64,000 nucleotides of DNA from an uncultured Desulfurococcales archaeon (lineage in GTDB: Archaea > Thermoproteota > Thermoprotei_A > Sulfolobales > WANQ01). Every line of letters begins with the position of its first letter. The first letter of the stretch is position 1. The stretch spans positions 20,956 to 84,955 of the forward strand of contig CAYXRT010000004.1 of the NCBI GenBank assembly GCA_964467535.1. Direction: 5' to 3'. The notes beneath the pieces are model-generated. The model searched no databases, was not told where the DNA came from, and saw only the letters and a program-made list of their open reading frames with translations. Below, one piece after another: positions 42,501-50,804 of the stretch. The translations under genes were made by a program, and so were the position numbers.

Positions 42501-44481
42501 GGAGAAATACATAACTTCATTAGTTAATGATGTATATGGGCTAAAGGAAAATGCCACTAAGCACGATTATGATGCAATAATATTAAAGTACTTGAACTCT
42601 ATAGTAGAGGATATCTTGGAAGAATCAAAGGAGCTTTTAGGAGTACTTGTTAGCGATGATAATGATACAATGTTAATAGCTATAGAAACATATGAGAATC
42701 CAGAAAGTGATGAAGCTTTCAATAAGGTTTTAATGGTTAGGAAAATAGCTAAGGAAATCTTTGAGAAAAAAGCACTATGTAAAGTATACTTAACTGGCCC
42801 TCAACCTTTATTAACTGATGTAGCGGAGCATGCTAGAAAGGATAGGGAACTTGTTGATAGGCTTAGCCCAATACTAGTAACGATAGTGTTATTTGTGGTC
42901 CTTGGCGGTATTCTGGCACTAATAATGCCTATGGTAGGTATAATATCATCAATAATAATATCATCAGCAATAATATATTTAGTAATATCTAAAATAACCG
43001 ATATACACATCTGGTCAAGAATAATAATGATTACGACAGCTTTAGGCCTTGGTGTAGATTATTCAACATACCTTATGTCAAGATTTAAGGAAGAACTAGC
43101 TAAGGGTAAAACTAGGGAAGAAGCAGCTGAAATAGCACTAAGTAAATCTGCACCTGCAATACTAGCAGCTGCAACAACCGATATGGCTGGTTTCGGAATA
43201 CTTGCAGTTGCATGGGACTTTCCATTTCTTAGAAGCCTTGGCGTGACAATACCAATAGCGATATTAATGGTTATGTTAGCGGGATTAACGTTAATACCAT
43301 CAATATTGGCAATGATCGGTAGTAGCAAAGCATTTTGGTGGCCTAGAGGAATAAAACCATTAAGGGAGGTAAAGAAATCATCATTTATACAAAAAGTAGC
43401 TAGGAGAGCAGGAATCGTAATATTGGTCTTCATCGTGATTTCATTAACCTCTGCATATACTTACGTAAAGTTATTTAGACCATCACACGAATATTCTATA
43501 GCATTACCGATGGGAGCTGAATCTTCTCAAGGACTCGAACTACTAAAGAGAGAATTAAAGCCAGGAATACTAGCACCCGTTTATGTAATTTTAGAATTAA
43601 AGGTTAATGCTACTAAAAATGAAACCTTACATTTAATCGAGGAAATTAGTAGATATATTGACTTATTACCTTATACTACAATCGTTTATGGACCTACGAG
43701 ACCTAATGGAACATTACTAGAGTCGGTAAATGTGGAAACCGTAAGAAAAATGGGCGGTTTAAGGTATATTGCAGGAAATAAGGTGTTATTGAAAGTAGCA
43801 TTAAATGCAAGCCCTGATTCAGATTATGCTACTACTGCTCTAAGAGAACTTAGAAGAGATCTAAAGGAGCTAATTAATAAGGAGTATAGTGATATAATTT
43901 CTCATGTATACGTCGGTGGTTTTACAGCAACTTTAGTAGATCTAGATATAACTCTTGAAGAAACCTTCTGGCACAAAATATTGCCAATTGCATTCATAGC
44001 TATGTTCATATTATTAACGTTAACACTGAGAACAGTAATAGGCTCAGCAATAGCTGTCATATTAATAGGCAGTGCTATCTTATGGGGTGTGGCATTAACA
44101 ACAGTAACGTTTAAGGTATTATTAGGTATTCCGATAATATGGTTCCTACCAATAATGGTCTTTAGCATAATACTTGGAGTAGGTATGGACTATCTTTCAT
44201 TCTACATGGTTAGAGCCATGGAAGAATCGAGGAATAGATCAATGGATGAAGCTCTTGCTATCGCTGGTGGTGCTGTAAGTAGAATAATAATAGGATTAGC
44301 ACTCATAGTATGTGGAGCCTACGCTGCTCTACTAGCTGCTGATATGATGCTTTTAAGGGAAATAGGATTCGCATTGACATCAAGTATATTCATAATAAGT
44401 ATATTGACTTCATATACAGTACTACCAGCAATATTATCAAAATTGGGTAAGAAGGCTTGGTGGCCGAGAAAAATTAGCTAA
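39598..44481 (+). CDS. Giant MMPL/RND-superfamily membrane transporter (1627 aa)
   Basis: TM1 at residues ~13-30. About 1050 aa of extracytoplasmic region. TM bundle from ~residue 1089 with GLGVDYSTYLMSRFKEE (MMPL signature). About 170-aa second loop. Second TM bundle with GVGMDYLSFYMVRAMEE. Confidence 0.8.
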   Translation: MTLAGIIIRHRKAIVILWVIAIVLSIPIFKKLDEILVYEEESFLPPTAESAIANKILKEEFREAPPTPYYLLIITKLNTSDHRYQELYKEFKNKVFQRNLVKKFTSYYEFLNDTKEIAHKMLYNIVTNLHNATLMLKNMLELMNMTYNILYNNITMLPKFMNQLYNYTLTFDKMYVGMYENFSQISRTYNSLGEYLKQIDNAFNQTLYLVLFINTTSSYITLLNNTYSEIYIKVVNFSKPIAIIRYLISEVDDSYSRLYNSLSQLRESLISSYKGVLELNSFIYELPYYYIVTYFNITRTHYYMLNAFNYSAPLFILDELVKLTNVSSIDPTLGPINKSLALYLYYEVKVKNRFGDPKNVDEYDLNVLTKELLQALISKHVPKEYRDIVKIYLSTIASEWSSFIDEFIKKGGILKWYVYDKENLTNTWISQVNVYYKLNSVYENLLKTSFNNSKNDIAETLAVKFNIPLELALNIVNIALDIGFPANETRAKELIIDLFAKILSEKIKEPSINYKELVRHIWKHGVSPELALNLTRIITYKYIDELEIPEEFISKEEIKNKLLPLIFSVIAEADPDAKGLLTTDPNLKKHTIYVVVTLMDILNIKLPRELAEVDIYDLMTSIYDYLVKKDDKIIRSMIRNLMLNFVEKEVPKEYIPIASKLVDLTCTLWPVNASKELEIIETCVNFMVNVTKAEISINITPIMLKYYPLIKEAEVIKELRNISWNILLNLMEEVNETAPTLLAILKSPNVFSFKIRDILVDRGLWLHDVEDEVKEAFKELLIDTLMKYKVHGIILNKDTIVKAVNLIIANETLNASRLILSEVFRKLPVEYNITSIIRYLINQKPGFTSNKSRVKELIIDIFLDEFSSRFKDVVSKNTIAFTLNVVYGPEELPRSSISHELSSNLTYILLEEIITNTLKKANVTNETTICELLAKIRGKLPITKSQLKHIVIQEILTQATEFVKGTDVEKYITSLVNDVYGLKENATKHDYDAIILKYLNSIVEDILEESKELLGVLVSDDNDTMLIAIETYENPESDEAFNKVLMVRKIAKEIFEKKALCKVYLTGPQPLLTDVAEHARKDRELVDRLSPILVTIVLFVVLGGILALIMPMVGIISSIIISSAIIYLVISKITDIHIWSRIIMITTALGLGVDYSTYLMSRFKEELAKGKTREEAAEIALSKSAPAILAAATTDMAGFGILAVAWDFPFLRSLGVTIPIAILMVMLAGLTLIPSILAMIGSSKAFWWPRGIKPLREVKKSSFIQKVARRAGIVILVFIVISLTSAYTYVKLFRPSHEYSIALPMGAESSQGLELLKRELKPGILAPVYVILELKVNATKNETLHLIEEISRYIDLLPYTTIVYGPTRPNGTLLESVNVETVRKMGGLRYIAGNKVLLKVALNASPDSDYATTALRELRRDLKELINKEYSDIISHVYVGGFTATLVDLDITLEETFWHKILPIAFIAMFILLTLTLRTVIGSAIAVILIGSAILWGVALTTVTFKVLLGIPIIWFLPIMVFSIILGVGMDYLSFYMVRAMEESRNRSMDEALAIAGGAVSRIIIGLALIVCGAYAALLAADMMLLREIGFALTSSIFIISILTSYTVLPAILSKLGKKAWWPRKIS

Positions 44482-44616
44482 TAAAATGTCATGTTATCCT
44501 AGACAATTAATAAATTGTTAGTGTCATTTAATCCTTGACTTTTGCGTTCTATGGAATAGCATCAAATATTTTTAAGCTCATATTTATTTTGAAGTGATGA
44601 ATAGGAGGTTACATAA

Positions 44617-45798
44617 TTGAAGGTAATACGAGTTATAATTACATTCCTTTTATTATTCATCCTTACTGCTTTTATCCCGCTTAGTACCATAGCTTATACA
44701 TCATCAAAAACGTTCGGATATATAGCTAACGAACCTGTAGATGCTATAGAAGTTGTATTAAATAAGCCTGACATTAAGTATGATTGGAGTAAGTTTAGAT
44801 CTCTTAGTAATATAATCCCTATAAGATATGATATCGCTATTGAAGCATATGCTTATAGAAGCCATTATAATCCAAATATTGCAGTAATAGTCACGCTTCA
44901 AAGCCTCAAAGAACCTAAAGGAAAGGATAAGTACTTTACAATTATGGTAATGGGCTTACGAAGATATGTGAAGATATTAAATACAACTATTAAACCAACT
45001 CCTGTGGTACTAACAGTAATTGATATAAATTTATTAAAGCAAGCAGCTGAAAAGCTTGGTTGGAATGTAACTGTTTATACAATAAAAGATTTAGTTGAAT
45101 TTGAAGTTGAATTCTTTGTAAAGATAAAAGATGGTGTGTCAATCTTAACATCGGAGGATATAGAAGAAGCTCCGCTCTTTATACCTAGTAATGAAAGTAA
45201 AGCAGTAGTATTAGAAAAGAGACTTGATAACGCAACTATCAAGCTATGTTTAATTAACCTACCTATAGCTCCTGGTAAATGGAAGATAAGAATACATCAA
45301 GTAGTTTCTGGAGATTTCCAACAAGTACGTTATAAATATATCTATGAGATTTATAATCTTATTAATTCATTAGGTTTAGTTCTTCCCATGGGCTTACCCC
45401 TTCCTGTGAAAGTAATAACTGTGAGATTTGAAGATCTTGTCAATGCCCTAAGGTTTGAACTTGAGTGGTTTAGAGATATAGGTATCATAAAGAACCTTAC
45501 AGATGACGATATAGAGAAAATAATCTCTACTGCTAGTACTAGCTTTTATGGATGGAATGAGAGATTGGTTTATTATAATAAAACTTGGCTACCTTATCAT
45601 ATTGTTGTTCGTAAATTTAATGGCACGCTATTAGATTACACACCCATTCCTAAAGTCGATGTTGATGAATTACCAGGTTCACCACCATTAGTAATTAAGG
45701 AGAAGGTAGATCCTATGAAGATAATGATGGCATTACTAATATCGTTATTAATAGCGTTTATAGCGCACATATTATTAAAGACAACAATGAGGAAGTAA
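44617..45798 (+). CDS. Hypothetical surface protein (N-terminal signal/anchor, C-terminal TM anchor)
   Basis: VIRVIITFLLLFILTAFIPLSTIA at the N-terminus. IMMALLISLLIAFIAHILL plus a basic tail at the C-terminus. Several NxS/T sequons. Confidence 0.5.
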   Translation: MKVIRVIITFLLLFILTAFIPLSTIAYTSSKTFGYIANEPVDAIEVVLNKPDIKYDWSKFRSLSNIIPIRYDIAIEAYAYRSHYNPNIAVIVTLQSLKEPKGKDKYFTIMVMGLRRYVKILNTTIKPTPVVLTVIDINLLKQAAEKLGWNVTVYTIKDLVEFEVEFFVKIKDGVSILTSEDIEEAPLFIPSNESKAVVLEKRLDNATIKLCLINLPIAPGKWKIRIHQVVSGDFQQVRYKYIYEIYNLINSLGLVLPMGLPLPVKVITVRFEDLVNALRFELEWFRDIGIIKNLTDDDIEKIISTASTSFYGWNERLVYYNKTWLPYHIVVRKFNGTLLDYTPIPKVDVDELPGSPPLVIKEKVDPMKIMMALLISLLIAFIAHILLKTTMRK

Positions 45799-45801
45799 AT
45801 A

Positions 45802-46209
45802 TTGATCGATCGAGAAGTATTGATAGCCTACCTTAAACTATCAAAACATAAGAGCGTCGGCGTTAGAGAATTTCAAAGATTAATGAAGTATAAAAGTCCA
45901 GGTAAAGCTAAATGGATGCTTGAAAAATTGGTAAAGCTAGGCCTTGTGGAAAGATGCGAAGAAAGCATCTATAGGGTAAAGAAGGAGCTTCCATTTCCAT
46001 TATCGACATATATTGTCTTAAGAGGAATGCTTTTACCGAGGATATCACCAATAACCCTATTTGCAACAGTATTCGTATTAACATATGCAGTATTAGTAAC
46101 GGTACCTATAGAGACATTGATAGCATTCATGATAATAATCGCTCCATATTGGATGGAAACTCTAAGAACTATAAAACAGCTAAGAGAGCAGATAAAAAGC
46201 TCTTCATAA
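45802..46209 (+). CDS. Membrane-tethered winged-helix protein
   Basis: N-terminal wHTH-like SVGVREFQRLMKYKSPGKAKWMLEKLVKLGLVE followed by two hydrophobic helices. 3-nt gap after the upstream gene. Confidence 0.5.
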   Translation: MIDREVLIAYLKLSKHKSVGVREFQRLMKYKSPGKAKWMLEKLVKLGLVERCEESIYRVKKELPFPLSTYIVLRGMLLPRISPITLFATVFVLTYAVLVTVPIETLIAFMIIIAPYWMETLRTIKQLREQIKSSS

Positions 46210-46256
46210 AGTATATTATGGAAGGCATTAACTACGTCTGAAGCTAAATCTAATCC

Positions 46257-46583
46257 CTATTTCCTCAAGAACAGATTTTCTAAATTATTGATTATTGACT
46301 TTATCTTACTTACATATCTTTCACCATCAACTTTAGGTGCGACACGCATGGCAACATAGCTTTGCGGTGAAAGCTTTATAACTATGTACTTTTCTGTAGG
46401 ACTTAGTTGAAGTATACAGTACTCGAATGCATGGAGATTTCTTATGAGAATCGAGATTATGTCGTGAAGTATTTTTGAAAACCTAGAACCCTGATATATA
46501 ATCTGTTCACCTTCTGCAAAATTTACCAACAAAGCCTCCTTAACTATATCACCATCCACTAAAAGATCTAATATGTTCCTCAC
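46257..46583 (-). CDS. Hypothetical protein (weak roadblock/LC7-like pattern)
   Basis: 108-aa ORF with alternating hydrophobic pattern. No firm motif. Confidence 0.4.
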   Translation of the reverse strand: MRNILDLLVDGDIVKEALLVNFAEGEQIIYQGSRFSKILHDIISILIRNLHAFEYCILQLSPTEKYIVIKLSPQSYVAMRVAPKVDGERYVSKIKSIINNLENLFLRK

Positions 46584-46629
46584 CCTCCACCCTCATAATG
46601 TCAGTAAAGAACATTAGGATTAAAAATAT

Positions 46630-46690
46630 AAGTTGATGAGGCGACCACCGACCGACATGAGGCGTACGGTATGTAAAGCGCTGAAAAGTA
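46630..46690 (+). ncRNA. Candidate C/D-box sRNA
   Basis: UGAUGA at 46634-46639, 12 nt, CCGA (D-prime-like), AUGAGG (C-prime-like), and CUGA at 46681-46684. The second guide spacing is longer than canonical. Confidence 0.3.
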
Positions 46691-46763
46691 TTTAGTATTA
46701 CTACTAGTAATCAGAAAATTAACAAGTTATTTAGCCTAAGAATACAAGGGAAACCATAGCTCT

Positions 46764-46784
46764 GGCGGCAGGCAGTCGCCTCTG
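46764..46784. promoter_or_regulatory. GC-rich box upstream of the ArnR-like gene
   Basis: GGCGGCAGGCAGTCGCCTCTG shares 16 of 21 positions with 48163-48183. An inverted 8-mer partner GAGGCGAC lies at 46638-46645. Confidence 0.35.
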
Positions 46785-46899
46785 TATATACTATTTATCT
46801 CTGGTTTCGAGCGTATTCCTCCTGGTAAGAACTCCTCTGTAATTAAATTTATTCACGCTTCCTAGATAAAATAACTAGGCTCTCTGGGGTATAGCATGC

Positions 46900-47805
46900 A
46901 TGTTTGAAGACAGGTACATGATTGATGATACATTCTTGGAAAAGCTTAGGAAGATCAAAGAAATAGACAAGGTAGTAGATATTTCTAGATCAACAATACA
47001 ATTGGAAATACTTCTCTATTTAGGAGTTCGTGAGAAAGCTTCTATTGATGACCTGGTAGCAGGTTTAAGTTATAGAAGGAAGGCAATCACAGATGCATTA
47101 AGGAAGCTTATTAAGAAGAATCTAGTAGTAAAAGATCAAAGTTCGGAGGAATTTGAGCTAAGTAATACGGGTAGGAAATATTTTAATGAACTTCTTCGAA
47201 TCCTTGGCTATAAAAACACTATGAAAGGGATACATGAAATAAAGAAATCAATGAATCCTACTTCACGATTAAAGAATATGATTAATGAAATTTCAACAGC
47301 CTACTATCTACATGAAACATTGATTTGCCTAGGCTCATCTCCTAAGCATGAAGCATCTATAGAAACTCTTTCAAGTATAGTTAACTTAAGTCCCCAGAGA
47401 TTAAGGTCATACTTGGACCTTTTTGCAAATAAATCAAATCCTGAACTAAGATTGTTAAAGAAGATTTATAGAAATACGTTATTTACAAATATACTTTCAT
47501 TACTAGGAGTAAAGAGAAGTAAGGTAAAGGTATACTATGGGTTAACAAAGCAAGGCTTAGGAATACTTCGTAAACTGCCTACCTATATTAAATTGAAAAG
47601 AAATGTTTTCTTAAGAATACTGTTTAAACTTACAAGGAGCTGTCATCCAAAAGAAGCTCATAGAAAAATGCTTTTATTGTTATGTGGAGGCACAATTTTA
47701 GCATATGCATTAACGATCCTACGTCCATGGGGTGTATGGATAGCTGCTATATGGCTTTACGCATTTATTGTCTTAACAGCTCTAACTATCCTTGCAACTG
47801 AGTAA
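46900..47805 (+). CDS. ArnR-like membrane-bound archaellum regulator (wHTH plus two C-terminal TM helices)
   Basis: wHTH STIQLEILLYLGVREKASIDDLVAGLSYRRKAITDALRKLIKKNLV. C-terminal LLLLCGGTILAYALTIL and VWIAAIWLYAFIVLTALTIL. Located immediately upstream of flaB, as in Sulfolobus. Confidence 0.55.
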   Translation: MFEDRYMIDDTFLEKLRKIKEIDKVVDISRSTIQLEILLYLGVREKASIDDLVAGLSYRRKAITDALRKLIKKNLVVKDQSSEEFELSNTGRKYFNELLRILGYKNTMKGIHEIKKSMNPTSRLKNMINEISTAYYLHETLICLGSSPKHEASIETLSSIVNLSPQRLRSYLDLFANKSNPELRLLKKIYRNTLFTNILSLLGVKRSKVKVYYGLTKQGLGILRKLPTYIKLKRNVFLRILFKLTRSCHPKEAHRKMLLLLCGGTILAYALTILRPWGVWIAAIWLYAFIVLTALTILATE

Positions 47806-48152
47806 CTAAAGATATTTCATTTATTTCTACTTCTTCACGATTAAATGGACTTTAAAGAAATGCCGCAAACTATCAACTTTACCTTATAATTAATTATGTA
47901 GCTTAATTATCTAGATTAATTGTATTATTAAATTAAGTTATTATTATATAGAATTAACTGAAAATACATAGGAAAATAAGGCTGATTACAAATTTTATTG
48001 TAGTTTAATGACTGTGTAGTTCTTTCGGTCATCCCATGTCCTATTACTTATCCTCTAAGTGCTGAAATCTCTTAAGTTTTAAGAGCTTAATGTGTCGCTC
48101 TATGGAGAACTCTAAGCTTCTTGCTAAATGACCGCCTACCACGGTCAAAGCC

Positions 48153-48183
48153 AAAATTTTATGACGGCTGCTAGTCGCCACTG
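48153..48183 (+). promoter_or_regulatory. Putative flaB promoter: TATA-like AAAATTTTAT followed directly by the GC-rich box
   Basis: AAAATTTTAT at 48153-48162. GACGGCTGCTAGTCGCCACTG at 48163-48183. This is 38-53 nt upstream of the candidate TTG starts at 48221 and 48236. Confidence 0.35.
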
Positions 48184-48220
48184 GAACTCATAATTAAATT
48201 CCTGATAAACCCTCATTTTC

Positions 48221-48880
48221 TTGGGTGATAGATGGTTGAGAGGTAAAGTTAAAGGTATAACAGGTTTAGAAACAGCAATAATCTTAATAGCCTTCGTAAT
48301 AGTGGCCTCGGTATTTGCCTTCGCGGTTATGAACATGGGTCTTTTAACAACGCAGAAGGCAGGGTCAACTGTAGAAAGTGGTATGAAGCAAGCATCATCA
48401 GCACTTCAACTAGCAGGAAGCGTAATAGCATATGACGGCCTATATAATGGTTCTACATTTATTACCAATAGCGGCAATGAAAATAAGGCTGATGCCATTG
48501 AAATCTACGTTAAACTAGCCCCAGGTAATGAACCTATCAGTATAAGCAATATGACAATATCATACACTAACAAGAGAGTACATGTAGGAGACTTAGTGAG
48601 CCTAAATAATACACAAGCTCCAGCCACCTACCCACTTATAGTATTCAAGTGGATTGGTGCTGATAACGATAGCTTATTGGAGTCTAATGAAGTACTAGCT
48701 ATAATAATTAACGTAGGAAACGTCACTGGTATAGACACTGTTGGCCCATCATCAGGTAGCGACGGTGCTTTAGGACCTAATGAGTGGTTTAAGGTGGAGA
48801 TTAAGCCTCCTGTTGGAGCCGTGTTAAGTGTTGAACGTACATTGCCGGCAGCTATTGACTCAGTTATGGATTTAGGTTAA
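48221..48880 (+). CDS. flaB: Archaellin
   Basis: Class III signal peptide and conserved hydrophobic N-terminus KG/ITGLETAIILIAFVIVASVFAFAVMNMGLLTTQKAGS, near-collinear with Sulfolobus FlaB. Candidate TTG starts at 48221 or 48236. Confidence 0.85.
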   Translation: MGDRWLRGKVKGITGLETAIILIAFVIVASVFAFAVMNMGLLTTQKAGSTVESGMKQASSALQLAGSVIAYDGLYNGSTFITNSGNENKADAIEIYVKLAPGNEPISISNMTISYTNKRVHVGDLVSLNNTQAPATYPLIVFKWIGADNDSLLESNEVLAIIINVGNVTGIDTVGPSSGSDGALGPNEWFKVEIKPPVGAVLSVERTLPAAIDSVMDLG

Positions 48881-48962
48881 TGAAGTGTAAAGTAGAAAAT
48901 CAACATCACTTAACTTAAATCTCTCTTTTTCCCTCATAAACAATTCCCTAAGGTTTAACAAT

Positions 48963-49736
48963 ATGTCGAATCAAAGTATGACCGAGAGCTATGAGGAGCT
49001 AGAATTTAAGGTAAAAGCACTCGAAGAACGCATAGCTAAACTTGAGAACGAACTGAACTCGGTAGTAGATGAAGTCAGGACTGTCTTGGTTGATGTGAGG
49101 AGTACAATTTCTGAACTCGATAATCCATTAAACTATATTAAGGAACTAGGTTTAAGCTCGTTAATTGAAAGCGCTATTGAGGAAAAGCTTGAAAAAATCA
49201 TAGATGATAAGCTTAAGGAGATAAGAAAAGAGGTAAAAGAAAAAATTTCACAGGTAAAGACACTTAAACAGCCTGAAGAGAAGAAAGAAGAGAAAAAGCA
49301 TACTAAACCTTCACAGTTAGAGTTAAGCCCTTATGGCATTGATTTGAAATTAAATAAATCTTTAGAACGTCTCGTGAGAGAATCATCAACTTCAATAGAT
49401 AAGATCTTGAGTATGCTTACTTGTGCAGGTTGTCTCGTGTATATTTTCGGTAAGAGGGGTGTTGAGAGAGTATTGGATGAATATGCTAAGAGAGGATGGA
49501 TTACACATGATCTTAAATTAACGTTATTACAGATTTCATCATTATTAGAATTAGATGGCTTACCCGATGAAAAAGAGACTGGTATTGAGGATCACTTAAT
49601 AGTAATGTATTTACTAGATAAACTACATAGAGGGGCACCTTTAACAGACTTTATTGTCTTATTATTACTGCTTAGCAAGTACGCAGGTTTTCCATTTATT
49701 CTAAGAGTTATTGAAAGAGAACAAAAGCCTAGGTGA
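48963..49736 (+). CDS. flaX: FlaX-position protein with coiled coil and FlaC/D/E-like C-terminal domain
   Basis: N-terminal heptad-rich LEFKVKALEERIAKLENELN. C-terminal CLVYIFGKRGVERVLDEYAKRGWITHDL resembles the archaeal FlaD/E domain. Sits between flaB and flaG. Confidence 0.55.
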   Translation: MSNQSMTESYEELEFKVKALEERIAKLENELNSVVDEVRTVLVDVRSTISELDNPLNYIKELGLSSLIESAIEEKLEKIIDDKLKEIRKEVKEKISQVKTLKQPEEKKEEKKHTKPSQLELSPYGIDLKLNKSLERLVRESSTSIDKILSMLTCAGCLVYIFGKRGVERVLDEYAKRGWITHDLKLTLLQISSLLELDGLPDEKETGIEDHLIVMYLLDKLHRGAPLTDFIVLLLLLSKYAGFPFILRVIEREQKPR

Positions 49737-49742
49737 TGAACA

Positions 49743-50234
49743 TTGACACATGTAGTTATGGCTGAAACGATAATAGTTATTGCAACTATCATAGCGGCTT
49801 CATTTGCTACAACAGCCATAGTAATGAATTTAGACGGTCTTGTTAATACATTTAGGGTTAATGAAAGAAATATTAAAGATAAAATTCAAACACAAATAAC
49901 AATAGTATTTGCAACCATCAATACCAATGACACTGTTAAAGTATGGATAAAGAATACAGGTATAAAGGAAATTCACGAAGATCTTATACCTAAGTCTGAC
50001 TTATTCTTCGGACCTAAGGGTAATTTTAAAAGAATACCATATGAAACCTCAACAGCTTCACCACCTAGATGGAACTATACAATCGTTAACGATGTTGATG
50101 GTGATGGGAATTGGGATCCAGGTGAAACAATAGAAGTGACAATAATATGGGATACAGCACTAGATTTAGGAGAATACTACGTAAAGTTTGTACTATACAA
50201 TGGTGTAGATGATGACTACACATTCTCAATCTGA
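49743..50234 (+). CDS. flaG: Archaellum protein FlaG
   Basis: N-terminal hydrophobic AETIIVIATIIAASFATTAIV. Beta-rich soluble domain with WDPGETIEV. Operon position. Confidence 0.7.
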   Translation: MTHVVMAETIIVIATIIAASFATTAIVMNLDGLVNTFRVNERNIKDKIQTQITIVFATINTNDTVKVWIKNTGIKEIHEDLIPKSDLFFGPKGNFKRIPYETSTASPPRWNYTIVNDVDGDGNWDPGETIEVTIIWDTALDLGEYYVKFVLYNGVDDDYTFSI

Positions 50235-50243
50235 GGTGAAATA

Positions 50244-50795
50244 GTGGGATTTGGTAGTGTAATTGCTGCAGTCTTTGCAATCATGGCAATCATAGTGGTT
50301 ATGTGTACGGTAATGGGTGTCACATTTGTAAATATCAAGGAGCTATATAACGCTCTCAATAAACAGCTAGAATTATCTAACGAGAGAATAAAGACAAGAA
50401 TGCAGATCAATAATATCATTATAGATTCCCTAGATCCATCAACAGTTTATGTCAATATTACAAATATTGGATCTACTTCAATAAAGGTTGAAGGTTTCAA
50501 TAAAACAGATGTAATAGTGATTTATACTTCAACTACAGGTACTAAGATAACCGCTAGGTTAATGTATAATGCTTCTGGTGTTGGAGTTAATATATGGTAT
50601 GTGAGAAGAGTTTTTGTCAATGGAAGAGAGGATGAAGTGATTAATCCTATGAATTTTGAGAATAATCAAGGTTTATGGGATCCAGGTGAAACAATAGAAA
50701 TTGTTCTTAAGTTAGAGTACAACGTTGATTCTTCAAAAGGGTTCGCACTTGTAATAACTCTTCCAAATGGTGCAAGAACTTCACATACCACATGA
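50244..50795 (+). CDS. flaF: Archaellum protein FlaF
   Basis: N-terminal TM GSVIAAVFAIMAIIVVMCTV. Soluble domain with WDPGETIEI. Operon position. Confidence 0.7.
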   Translation: MGFGSVIAAVFAIMAIIVVMCTVMGVTFVNIKELYNALNKQLELSNERIKTRMQINNIIIDSLDPSTVYVNITNIGSTSIKVEGFNKTDVIVIYTSTTGTKITARLMYNASGVGVNIWYVRRVFVNGREDEVINPMNFENNQGLWDPGETIEIVLKLEYNVDSSKGFALVITLPNGARTSHTT

Positions 50796-50804
50796 GGTGA
50801 GAAG

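Noticed and set aside
40920-44168. Series of 66-124-aa minus-strand ORFs inside the MMPL gene
   Set aside because: They are antisense to a 1627-aa ORF with clear MMPL motifs. They are low-complexity Ser/Ile/Leu-rich translations typical of the antisense frame of AT-rich coding DNA.
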